Origin: Labilithrix sp.
GTDB lineage: Bacteria; Myxococcota_A; Polyangia; Polyangiales; Polyangiaceae
Length of the DNA: 64,000 nt
Direction of reading: 5' to 3'
Assembly (NCBI GenBank): GCA_026128965.1
Contig: JAHCIY010000002.1
Location: 1,872,468-1,936,467 of the forward strand
Shown here: positions 55,673 through 64,000 of the stretch, one piece after another
How positions within the stretch are numbered: position 1 is the first letter of the stretch
How the letters are laid out: every line of letters begins with the position of its first letter
Program-made: the position numbers and the translations under genes
Notes under the pieces: model-generated
The model's input: only the letters and a program-made list of their open reading frames with translations
Database searches by the model: none
Told to the model about the DNA's origin: nothing

Positions 55673-57770
55673 ATCGCTTGCGGTCGGGGACGGGGACGTC
55701 GACTTGCGTGCGGCCGCTGTCCGGGGGCTTCGTGTCGGTCTTCTTCGCGGGCGCGGGCGCAGGTGCGGGCGCGGGGGCTGGCTTGGGGGGGACGCTTGCT
55801 CTCGAAGGGAGAGGGATGCGCGAGGGGAGCGGGATCGGGGCGCGCTTCGGGCGGGAGACCGTGGAAGCGGGCTTCGAGGGGACGATCGACGGGGAGGGCG
55901 CCGGGGCCTTCGACGGCATCTTGGCCGGGGGGAGCGACGGGCTCTTCGGCGGCGGCGGGAAGCTCGGGCTCGGGTTGATCATCGTGCGCTCGAGATCGAC
56001 CGCGCTCGCGTCGACGGGGGCGGCGGTGATGTCGGTCGGCGGATCCGTGCGCGTCGCGACCTGCATGCCGACCTCCGTGCGCGAGGGCGGCGGCGGGACG
56101 TCGGACTCGATCGCGGCGGGGCCGAGGCGTCGCGACGGCGGAGGAGGGAGCACGGACGGCGGCGCTCCGCGGCGCGAGGGGGGAGGCGGCGGCGGGACGG
56201 AGGGCGTCGACGCGCCGCTCGAGCCGAAGCGCGGCGTCACGGGGGCGACGGACGCGGACGGCCCCGCGGTGGGGATCCCGTCGCGCGGCGTGAGCGGGCC
56301 CGGCGGCAACGCGCCGGAGCTCGGCGCCATCATCGTCGCCGCGAGGCTCTGCGGGCTCGTGACCGGGCTCGACGTGATCGGGCTCGAGATCGGGCTCGAG
56401 ATCGGGCCCGGGCTCGACGTCGGGACCGGGCTCGAGGGCGAGACCATCGTCGCCGCGAGGCTCTGCGGGGTCGCGCGCGCGCTCGGGCTCGAGGGGGTCA
56501 CCATCGTCGAGGCGAGGTTCTGCGAGCTCGTGCCGGCGCTCGCGAGCGTGGAGGCGAAGTTGGGTTTGCTCGAGCTGCCGGGGCTCACGCTCGTGTCGGG
56601 GGGCGTCACGGCGGGGACGCCGTCGCGCGGGGTGGCGCTCCCGGGCACGTTGTGCATGACGGCCGTCGTCTCGCGTGAGTCGCGGCGGACCTCGGGGCCG
56701 GGTGGTCGTTGCAGCGCGTGCGCGGACGAGGCGATCGTGGCGGCGCGGCCCATCGCCGACGTGATCGCGGGCTTGAGCCAGCCGCCTTGGCGCTTCTGCT
56801 CGCCGGGGAACAGCGTGTCGACGAGCTGCGCGAGGCGGCCCGAGACGTCCTGCGGCGACGAGCGCTGGTAGACCCACGCGTCGAGCTCGCGCGCGAGGTA
56901 CGTCGCGGTCGGGTAGCGGTGATCGCGGTTGCGCTCGAGCGCGGTCTTCGTGATGCGCGCGAGCTCCTCGGGGAGATCGGGCGCGACGCTGCGGATGTCC
57001 GGGATCGGGCCGAGCTGCACCGCGCGCACCGTCTCGATGTCGGTGTCGCGGCGGAAGAGGCGCTTGCCGGTGAGGAGCTCCCAGAGGGTCGTGCCGAGCG
57101 AGAAGATGTCGCTCCGGCGATCGACCGGGATCTGCATGATCTGCTCGGGCGAGAGGTACGAGAGCTTGCCCGCGACCATCTGCTGCGAGCTCGAGGTGTC
57201 GCCCGTCGTCACCTTCGCGAGGCCGAAGTCGAAGAGCTTCACCTCGCCGCGGAACGTCGCGAAGATGTTCGCGGGGTTCACGTCGCGGTGGACGAGGTTC
57301 AGCGGGCGGCCCGCCGCGTCGGTGAGGTCGTGCGCGTACGAGAGCGCGTCCGCGACGCGCGCGACGGCCCAGGCCGCGATCTCGGGGCTGAGGCGGACGC
57401 CGCGCGTCGCGATCGTGTCGTGGACGACGGCGAAGGTCTTCCCGAGCATCAGCTCCATCGCGATGTAGTCCTGCTGTTCGTCGGTCCCGACCTCCAGCGT
57501 GCGGACGATGTTCGGATGCACGAGGCGCTGAATGAGCTTCCCCTCTTCGAGGAACATCTTCACGAGACGATCGTCCATCGACGCGTCGTGACGCGCGATC
57601 TTGAGCGCGACGACGTTCGGCTGATCCGACGGCGAGTCGATGTGGCGGCCGAGGTACACCGCGCTCATGCCGCCGCCTGCGATCTTGGCAACGACCTCCC
57701 ACTGCCCGAGCCGCGTCGGGCGATACGGGCCGGATGCCCGTGAAGGAGGGAGCGCCATGCCAGAAGGCAT
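55671..57770 (-). CDS. Ser/Thr protein kinase with Pro-rich disordered C-terminal region
   Basis: GGGMSAVYLG...VALK (subdomains I and II), HRDVNPANI (VIb), DFG, SYLSPEQ (VIII). The C-terminal half is Pro/Ser/Ala low-complexity. Confidence 0.85.
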   Translation of the reverse strand: MPSGMALPPSRASGPYRPTRLGQWEVVAKIAGGGMSAVYLGRHIDSPSDQPNVVALKIARHDASMDDRLVKMFLEEGKLIQRLVHPNIVRTLEVGTDEQQDYIAMELMLGKTFAVVHDTIATRGVRLSPEIAAWAVARVADALSYAHDLTDAAGRPLNLVHRDVNPANIFATFRGEVKLFDFGLAKVTTGDTSSSQQMVAGKLSYLSPEQIMQIPVDRRSDIFSLGTTLWELLTGKRLFRRDTDIETVRAVQLGPIPDIRSVAPDLPEELARITKTALERNRDHRYPTATYLARELDAWVYQRSSPQDVSGRLAQLVDTLFPGEQKRQGGWLKPAITSAMGRAATIASSAHALQRPPGPEVRRDSRETTAVMHNVPGSATPRDGVPAVTPPDTSVSPGSSSKPNFASTLASAGTSSQNLASTMVTPSSPSARATPQSLAATMVSPSSPVPTSSPGPISSPISSPITSSPVTSPQSLAATMMAPSSGALPPGPLTPRDGIPTAGPSASVAPVTPRFGSSGASTPSVPPPPPPSRRGAPPSVLPPPPSRRLGPAAIESDVPPPPSRTEVGMQVATRTDPPTDITAAPVDASAVDLERTMINPSPSFPPPPKSPSLPPAKMPSKAPAPSPSIVPSKPASTVSRPKRAPIPLPSRIPLPSRASVPPKPAPAPAPAPAPAKKTDTKPPDSGRTQVDVPVPDRKR

Positions 57771-57814
57771 TGTGCCAAGGGTGGCCAGGAAAGGTCTAGA
57801 ATCACCGCTTCGGA

Positions 57815-59557
57815 ATGGACAATCTCGCCGTTGCCCGGGCCCTCACGGACCTCGCCGACCTCCACGAGCTCGGCGGGACCCTGCCGTTCAAGGTCCGGGC
57901 CTTCCGCACCGCCGCCCGCGCGATCGAGGGCTACGGCGGCAGCATCGCCGACCTCGTCGAGAAAGACGCCCTCGCCGAGGTCCGCGGCGTGGGCGACGGC
58001 GTGGCGCGGCGCATCAAAGAGCTCTTCGAGACGGGGCGCATCACCGAGGCGGAGGAGCTCCGCGCGAAGCTGCCGCCGGGGCTGCTCGACTTGATGAACC
58101 TCCCCGGGATCGGGCTCAAGACCGCGCAGCAGGTCTGGAAAGAGCGCGGCGTCACGTCGGTCGACGAGCTGGAGGCGGCGGCGAAGGAGGGGAGGCTCCG
58201 CGACCTGCCGCGGTTCGGCGAGAAGAAGGAGGAGAAGCTCGTCGCGAGCATCGCGGCGTGGCGCAAGCGCGCGGCGGCGCCGAAGCGGCGGCCGCTCGCG
58301 GAGGCGATGCGCGCGGCGGAGGGGATCGTCCTGCGCATGAAGACGGTGGGCGGCGTGCTCGCCTGCGAATACGCGGGGAGCCTGCGGCGGCGCGCGGAGA
58401 CGGTGGGGGACCTCGACATCCTGGTCGCGGCGGAGGCTTCGTCGGCGGCGGCGATCATGGACGCGTTCGTCGACATGCCGGGCGTCGCGGAGGTGCTCGG
58501 CAAGGGCGACACGAAGAGCAGCGTGCAGCTCGCGGAGAGCGCGGGCGGCATGCAGGCCGACCTCCGCGTGGTGCCGCCGGCCTCGTGGGGCGCGGCGCTC
58601 CAGTATTTCACCGGCTCGAAGGACCACAACGTCGCGATGCGGACGATCGCGGTGAAGAAAAGGCTGAAAGTCAGCGAATACGGCGTTTTTGACGAATCGG
58701 GGAAAAGTGTCGCGGGCGCGGACGAGGCCGGGGTCTACGAGGCGATCGGGCTCGCGTGGATGCCGCCGGAGATGCGCGAGAACCGCGGCGAGGTGGAGCT
58801 CGCGGGCAAGCGCGCGCTGCCGAGCCTCGTCACCCTCGACGACGTGCAGGGCGACCTGCACATGCACACGACCGAGACGGACGGCAAGAGCACCCTCGAC
58901 GAGATGGCGGCGGCGGCGAAGGAGATGGGCCGCTCGTACATCGCGATCACGGACCACTCCGAGACGCTCACCTTCGTGCGCGGCATGAGCGCGGAGCGGC
59001 TGCGCGCGCAGAAGCGGAAGATCCGCGAGGTGGAGGAGCGGCAGGGGATCCGGCTCTTCGCGGGGATCGAGGCGGACATCCTCGCGGACGGGCGCGTCGA
59101 CCTCGAGCACCACGTCGCCGAGCTCGAGTGGGTGGTCGGGAGCGTGCACCAGCACCTCCGGATGACGAAAGACGAGATGACGAAGCGCGTCGTGCGCGCG
59201 ATCGAGTCGGGGAACATCGACTGCCTCGGGCACCCGACCGGGCGGCAGCTCGGGCTCCGCGAGCCGAGCGAGCTCGACATGGAGGCGGTCATCGCGGCGT
59301 GCGCGCGCGCGGGCGTCGCGATCGAGCTGAACGCGACGCCGCTGCGCCTCGACGCGAACGAGCACACCGCGAAGATGGCGCGCGAGGCGGGCGTCCCGGT
59401 CGTCCTGAACAGCGACGCGCACTCGGTCCACGAGCTCGAGCACCTCCGCTATGGCATCGGCATCGCGCGGCGCGCGTGGCTGGGCAAAGAGCACGTGCTG
59501 AACACCCGCGCCGCCGAGGGCCTCGCGGAGTGGCGCAAGCAGCGGCTATCGGCCTGA
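57815..59557 (+). CDS. polX: DNA polymerase X family with C-terminal PHP domain (PolX)
   Basis: N-terminal HhH motifs (GIGLKTAQQV). GDLDIL... catalytic carboxylates. C-terminal PHP histidines: HMHTTETDG, ITDHSE, NSDAHS. Confidence 0.9.
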   Translation: MDNLAVARALTDLADLHELGGTLPFKVRAFRTAARAIEGYGGSIADLVEKDALAEVRGVGDGVARRIKELFETGRITEAEELRAKLPPGLLDLMNLPGIGLKTAQQVWKERGVTSVDELEAAAKEGRLRDLPRFGEKKEEKLVASIAAWRKRAAAPKRRPLAEAMRAAEGIVLRMKTVGGVLACEYAGSLRRRAETVGDLDILVAAEASSAAAIMDAFVDMPGVAEVLGKGDTKSSVQLAESAGGMQADLRVVPPASWGAALQYFTGSKDHNVAMRTIAVKKRLKVSEYGVFDESGKSVAGADEAGVYEAIGLAWMPPEMRENRGEVELAGKRALPSLVTLDDVQGDLHMHTTETDGKSTLDEMAAAAKEMGRSYIAITDHSETLTFVRGMSAERLRAQKRKIREVEERQGIRLFAGIEADILADGRVDLEHHVAELEWVVGSVHQHLRMTKDEMTKRVVRAIESGNIDCLGHPTGRQLGLREPSELDMEAVIAACARAGVAIELNATPLRLDANEHTAKMAREAGVPVVLNSDAHSVHELEHLRYGIGIARRAWLGKEHVLNTRAAEGLAEWRKQRLSA

Positions 59558-60244
59558 GCGGCGGCGCGCCTCTTCTTCCTCTTCTTCGGCTTCCTCTTCT
59601 TCGGCGGGCAGCGCGCCGCGGTAGCCGGCGCCGGCGTTGTTGGCGCGCGTGTCGCGGAGGGCCTCGTTGAGGCGGTCGGCGAGCTGGGCGTTCTCGGCGG
59701 GGGAGTCGAGCGAGAAGGGGAGCGGGGTGCGGCGGGCGTCCTTCGTGAGGAGGACGAGGCGGCGGCCCGCTTCGAAGCGCTCGATCGAGGCGAGCGGGGT
59801 TCGGTCGCCGCGCACCGCGAAGCCCGCGGCGTCGAGCGTCAGCGTGAAGCGGTCGCGCACCGCCTTCGACTTGCTCGCGCCGCGGAGGCGGCGGAGCAGG
59901 TGGAGGAGGATGGGCGTGCAGAACAGGAGCACGAAGAGCGCGAGCCTCGTCTCGGTGGTCAGGTGCCGGTTCGTCGCCTCCGTGACGCACGCGTCGATGA
60001 GCGCCGCCGCCAGGCCGGCGATGAAGAGGCCCGCGACGACGTAGGCCAGGCGGAGGACGCCGAGCGTCGACATCGGGTTGCCGTGCTCGTCGTTGACGAC
60101 CATGTCGCGCTCCTGCGCCGGCACCGCGAGCGCCTTGCGGAACGACTCGAGCTCACCCTGCTCCGTGCGGACCACGTCGAGCGCGTCGACGTCGATCTCG
60201 AGCGACGTCCCGCCCGCGCCGATCCGCTCCGTCCAGCGAGACAC
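59546..60244 (-). CDS. membrane protein, unknown function
   Basis: Two TM helices (LRLAYVVAGLFIAGLAAALI, LALFVLLFCTPILLHLL). The acidic tail is encoded by a CTCTTC repeat. Confidence 0.45.
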   Translation of the reverse strand: MSRWTERIGAGGTSLEIDVDALDVVRTEQGELESFRKALAVPAQERDMVVNDEHGNPMSTLGVLRLAYVVAGLFIAGLAAALIDACVTEATNRHLTTETRLALFVLLFCTPILLHLLRRLRGASKSKAVRDRFTLTLDAAGFAVRGDRTPLASIERFEAGRRLVLLTKDARRTPLPFSLDSPAENAQLADRLNEALRDTRANNAGAGYRGALPAEEEEAEEEEEEARRRSGR

Positions 60245-60278
60245 GGGGCGATCCTATGCGAGGATGGAGCCACGCACG

Positions 60279-60767
60279 ATGAGGGGACTTTGCATTTCCG
60301 CGGTCGTTTCGATCCTCGTCTCCTGCAGCGCGCCTTCTGCGGAGGTCGCGCCGCCGCCCGTCGCGCCGCCCGCGCCCGCGCCGCTCACCGCGTGTGGTCC
60401 GCCGCCGCCGCCGCCCGCGGCGACGATCGCGCCGACCTGCACCACCGTCGCGCTCGCGAGCATGCCCGCGCAGCATCATCAGCTCACGCTGCAGCTCGCG
60501 TCGGGGGCGACGACGCGCATCGACTGTCCGCGCATGCGCTATCGCGGTCAGGACACGCCGGTGTGCGTGGTGAAGGAGGTCGCGGGCCGCCTCCGCGGCG
60601 CGTGCTGCCCGCCCGGCCGCGTCGATCCGACCGATCCGGAGTGCGTGGCCGAGGGGACCATCGACGAGATGTACGCGCGGCAACGGGCGTGGGAGTGGTG
60701 CAAGAAGGACGCGCCGCCCACGAGGCCCTGCGAGCCGTGCGTCTGGTACCCGAACGCCGAGCGGTGA
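60279..60767 (+). CDS. Cys-rich lipoprotein, unknown function
   Basis: MRGLCISAVVSILVSCS lipobox and a Pro-rich linker. 12 Cys, including CCPPGRVDPTDPEC. Confidence 0.5.
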   Translation: MRGLCISAVVSILVSCSAPSAEVAPPPVAPPAPAPLTACGPPPPPPAATIAPTCTTVALASMPAQHHQLTLQLASGATTRIDCPRMRYRGQDTPVCVVKEVAGRLRGACCPPGRVDPTDPECVAEGTIDEMYARQRAWEWCKKDAPPTRPCEPCVWYPNAER

Positions 60768-60770
60768 GCG

Positions 60771-62486
60771 TCAGCGGCCGGCGCCGGCGGCGTCGAGGAC
60801 GGCGCGCCACATCGGGGAGAAGCCGGTCGTCAGGTCGTCGGCGCGGACGCGGTACGGGACGTCGGGGGCGACGCCGACGTTCTCGATGACGCGGTCGCCC
60901 GGGCGGACGCCGAGCGTGACGGTGAAGTTGAACGCGGTGATGCCCAGCGTCTCGAGCGCGGCGATCACCTCCGGCGGCGCGCAGGCGCGGACGAGCTCGC
61001 TCGCGCCCGGCTTGCACGCGTCGGCGCGGCCCACGCGGCGCTGATCTCCGCCCGCGCCGGAGGTGGTCGTGCCGAACAGCGTGACGCGACCGTTGTCCTT
61101 CAGCGCCGCCGGGACGTAGTCGGCGGCGGAGATCGACATGCCGTCGATGAGCATCACGACCGGCTTCCCGAAGACGGGGCCACGGCTCCTCTCGGGCACG
61201 TGCTCCGGCACGAGCGCGAAGTGCGGCGCCGTCAAGCCCGGCGGCTGCGACGCGAAGAACGCGAAGAACGCGGCCGCGCCCTGCGCCGTCGCCCGATCGC
61301 GCGGGCCGAAGCCGAAGAACCGCGCGAACAGCGGGATCGCGTCCATCGTCGCGCGCGCCTCCTCGTCGGTGCGGACGCCGCCGAGGCGCGCCCCCAGCTC
61401 CGCCAGCGCCGCGCGCGGGCCGAAGCCGACCACCTCGTCGCCGTCGATCAGGAAGCGCTGCCGCGGAGGGACGAGCGGGCGCTCGAACAGGCGCGAGAGC
61501 ATCACGTACGCGAAGAGGAAATTCCCGCCGCCGTTGCCGCGCTGATCGATCACCAGCGCGTCGACGTCGCGCTCGAGGAAGACGCTCAGCGCCTCGTCGA
61601 CCTCGCGCATCGCGCGCGGCTGCTCGGCGGGGGGGACGTCGTAGGTGTGGAGCCGGACGAAGCCGTAGCGCCGGCCGGCCGCGGAGAACGCGTAGGCGCC
61701 GTAGAACGCGGCGTCGGGCGCGCGCCAGAGGAGCTCCTCCGGCGGGGGGAGGACGCTCCGCTTCGTCTTCGGCCATAACGGGCAGCGCTCCGAAGGACCG
61801 TCGGCGTCGGCGTCGCGCCACGTGAGCTCGACGGTCCGCGCCGGCGCGCCGGGATCGTGCGTTCGCACGACGAGCCGCGCGCGCGCGCCGGGCGCCGGGG
61901 TGTCGTCGAGGTCGGTCGACGACCGCAGCGTCAAGAACCAATCGGCGAGCTCGCGCTCGAAGTCGGGGGTCGAGGCGTAGCCGTCCGCTGCCGCGATGCG
62001 CCGGTGCACCTCGGCGATCGGCCGTCCGTCGAACGCGGTGACCTCGTCGCCGACGCGGAGCGGGAGCGTCGGCGCGAGCTTCGGATCGATCCACGCCACG
62101 CGCACGCCGGCGTCCGTGCTCACGAGGTGAAGGCCGAGCCACACCGCTCGACCGGGCGGGAGCTCGAGCGAGGTGTGGAGGTCGCGCGGCGCGCGGAAGA
62201 ACGCGCGGAACGCGCGGCGCAGCTCCTCCGGCGTCGCGCGCGGGCGCGCGATGACCTCGTCGAGGCGGGCGAGCTCGCGCTCGAGGCTCCACCCGATCGT
62301 CCGCGCCTTCAGGTCGCGCGGCGCGTAGCGCTTCGCGAAGAGCTCGGCGACGTGATCGCGGAGCGTGCGCGCGGCGAGCGGCGCGGGGTCGGCCGCGACG
62401 CGCGCCGGCGCAGGCTGGGACGCGCACGCGGCCGCCAGCGCGACGATGGGCGTCGAGCGCCGGAGCCACGAGACGGGCGCGCTCAC
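60771..62486 (-). CDS. S41-family C-terminal processing peptidase with PDZ-like domain, lipoprotein
   Basis: GTG start overlaps the ABC stop (GTGA). IVALAAACAS lipobox. PDZ-like LRVGDEVTAFDGRPI. LVIDQRGNGGG and VMLIDGMSISAADY match the S41 catalytic Ser block. Confidence 0.75.
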   Translation of the reverse strand: MSAPVSWLRRSTPIVALAAACASQPAPARVAADPAPLAARTLRDHVAELFAKRYAPRDLKARTIGWSLERELARLDEVIARPRATPEELRRAFRAFFRAPRDLHTSLELPPGRAVWLGLHLVSTDAGVRVAWIDPKLAPTLPLRVGDEVTAFDGRPIAEVHRRIAAADGYASTPDFERELADWFLTLRSSTDLDDTPAPGARARLVVRTHDPGAPARTVELTWRDADADGPSERCPLWPKTKRSVLPPPEELLWRAPDAAFYGAYAFSAAGRRYGFVRLHTYDVPPAEQPRAMREVDEALSVFLERDVDALVIDQRGNGGGNFLFAYVMLSRLFERPLVPPRQRFLIDGDEVVGFGPRAALAELGARLGGVRTDEEARATMDAIPLFARFFGFGPRDRATAQGAAAFFAFFASQPPGLTAPHFALVPEHVPERSRGPVFGKPVVMLIDGMSISAADYVPAALKDNGRVTLFGTTTSGAGGDQRRVGRADACKPGASELVRACAPPEVIAALETLGITAFNFTVTLGVRPGDRVIENVGVAPDVPYRVRADDLTTGFSPMWRAVLDAAGAGR

Positions 62487-64000
62487 ACCATCTGCCGCGC
62501 GGCGAGGCGCTGGAAGGGGCCCGGGACCGCGACGAGATCGTCGAAGCGGCCCATCTGCACGACGCGGCCCTTCTCGAGGACGACGATCTTGTCGGCGTGG
62601 CGGATCGTCGAGAGGCGGTGCGCGATGACGACGCGCGTGACGCGCAGGCTCTCGAGGCTCTCGCTCACGATCTGCTGCGTGAGGTTGTCGAGCGCGCTCG
62701 TCGCCTCGTCGAAGAAGACGATCTTCGGGTCCGCCGCGAGCGAGCGCGCGATGAGGAGACGCTGCCGCTGGCCGCCGGAGAGCGTCCCGCCGCCCTGCGC
62801 GATGACGGTGTGCATCCCCATCGGCATCGCCTCGATGTCCTTGTCGAGCGCTGCGCTCCGCGCCGCGTTCCACGCCTCGTCGAGCGAGAGGCCCGTCGCG
62901 CCGACGATGTTCGAGTAGATGTCGCCGCCCATCACGCGGCTGTTCTGCATCACGACGCCGATCTGCTTGCGCACCGCGCGCACGTCGAGGTGCCCGAGCG
63001 CCTGGCCGTCGTAGTAGACGCCGCCCTCGGTGCACGCCTCGAAGCCGAGGAGCAGGCGGAGGAGCGTCGACTTGCCCGAGCCCGAGGGCCCGACGAGCGC
63101 GACGAACTCGTCCGGCTCGACCTGGAAAGACACGTCGTCGAGGATGAGCGGACCGTCCGCCGCGTAGCGGAACGAGACGTGGCTCACCTCGATGCCGCCC
63201 TTCAGCTCGATGCGCTCGCCACCGCCTTGCGCCTCGAGCCGCTGGGTGAGGATCGGCTTCGCGCGCTCGTAGAGCGGCACGACCGCGAGCGACGCGAGGA
63301 GCGACTCGACGACGCCGAGCGCGGCGGACAGGAAGATCCCGAACGCGCTCGCGAAGGCGAGGAACATGCCGGTCGACACCCGCGCCTGCGCCTTCCCCGC
63401 GAGCATCCAGTAGAGCACCATCGTGCAGACGAGGGGGTAGACGCTCTGGAAGAGACCGATCCGGAGGTAGACGCGCTCCGCTCCGAGATCGGCGTCGCGG
63501 CGGCGCGCGAAGAGGCGCGCCCACACCGCGAACGCGCGCCCCTCCGCGGCGGTGACGCGGAGCTTCGCGATGCCGGTGAGGAGCTGGAGGAGGAGGCCCC
63601 CGATCCGCCCGTCGATCGCCGCGACCGCGCGCTGCTGCGCGAGGCCGTAGCGCGTCCCGATCGCGGCGGGGACGACCGCGACGAGCACGAGGACCGTCGC
63701 CGCGAGCGCGAGGCCGGGATCGATCGCGAAGAGGAGGGCGAAGTTCCAGAGCGAGAAGAGGCCGGAGAGCAGCGCCGTCATCGCGGTCCCGGCGAGGAGA
63801 TCGCGGATCGCGCCGATCCCGGCCGCGCGCGCCGCGAGATCGCCGGCGGCGTACTCGCGGAAGAACGGCAGCGGGAGCGAGAGGAGCCGATCCCACACGC
63901 CGGCCTCGAGCGTCGCGTCCATCCGCGTCTGCGCGCGCACGATCGCGAGCCCGCGCACGACCTCGAAGAGCGCCTGCCCGAGGTAGACGGCGATGAGGAC
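62483..64000 (-). CDS. ABC exporter (fused TMD-NBD), 5' end beyond window
   Basis: Walker A GPSGSGKST, signature LSGGQRQRLLIARSL, Walker B VFFDEATSALD. The upstream TM region runs to the window edge. Confidence 0.8.
   Translation of the reverse strand, partial: VLIAVYLGQALFEVVRGLAIVRAQTRMDATLEAGVWDRLLSLPLPFFREYAAGDLAARAAGIGAIRDLLAGTAMTALLSGLFSLWNFALLFAIDPGLALAATVLVLVAVVPAAIGTRYGLAQQRAVAAIDGRIGGLLLQLLTGIAKLRVTAAEGRAFAVWARLFARRRDADLGAERVYLRIGLFQSVYPLVCTMVLYWMLAGKAQARVSTGMFLAFASAFGIFLSAALGVVESLLASLAVVPLYERAKPILTQRLEAQGGGERIELKGGIEVSHVSFRYAADGPLILDDVSFQVEPDEFVALVGPSGSGKSTLLRLLLGFEACTEGGVYYDGQALGHLDVRAVRKQIGVVMQNSRVMGGDIYSNIVGATGLSLDEAWNAARSAALDKDIEAMPMGMHTVIAQGGGTLSGGQRQRLLIARSLAADPKIVFFDEATSALDNLTQQIVSESLESLRVTRVVIAHRLSTIRHADKIVVLEKGRVVQMGRFDDLVAVPGPFQRLAARQMV

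Overview
This is a very GC-rich window (roughly 70% by eye) with dense, often start/stop-overlapped genes and many lipoproteins. It carries a Ser/Thr kinase, RCC1-repeat proteins, a PolX polymerase and a prokaryotic Cys-loop-type channel, which is consistent with a Myxococcota-like chromosome.

- **Left ~12 kb (1..12244):** this looks like a genomic island inserted downstream of a minus-strand tRNA-Gly(GCC) at 12245..12316. It holds a truncated IS256-family transposase end, an intact IS110-family transposase, and a compact phage-like module: an unknown protein, a family A DNA polymerase with an N-terminal exonuclease-like region, a small wHTH protein, a small ORF, an AlpA-like ORF and a tyrosine integrase, with AGGAG-type ribosome-binding sites upstream of two of them. 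A LuxR regulator and two lipoproteins follow. A 17-bp copy of the tRNA 3' end with its own hairpin lies about 130 bp from the tRNA.
- **Remainder of the window (roughly 12.4..64 kb), chromosomal/accessory genes:**
  - A LamG lipoprotein, a hotdog thioesterase and a Memo-like protein in one operon, with a divergent YkgJ CxxCxxCC protein.
  - Two translationally coupled membrane sulfatase-fold proteins that lack the FGly Cys motif.
  - An RRM RNA-binding protein, MgtE, an RCC1 lipoprotein and a pirin.
  - An ACT protein and a ~1000-aa AsmA-like protein.
  - An operon of a lipoprotein, a Cys-rich protein and a TlpA-like redoxin, followed by two paralogous lipoproteins.
  - A radical SAM/SPASM enzyme next to a Zn-ribbon membrane protein and FolB.
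  - An esterase, a nitronate monooxygenase and an AlkZ-like protein.
  - A redox cluster of a propeller-fused di-heme peroxidase, a propeller lipoprotein and an octaheme cytochrome c.
  - A NUDIX hydrolase coupled to a pentameric ligand-gated ion-channel homolog.
  - An MsbA-like ABC exporter, TerB-like proteins, a methyltransferase and a Spy/LTXXQ protein.
  - TrmH, an HD hydrolase, DUF1993, a CDP-alcohol phosphatidyltransferase, a Ser/Thr kinase, PolX-PHP, an S41 peptidase and a second ABC exporter truncated at the window end.

I found no CRISPR array and no rRNA. Many long antisense ORFs in the track are high-GC frame artefacts.
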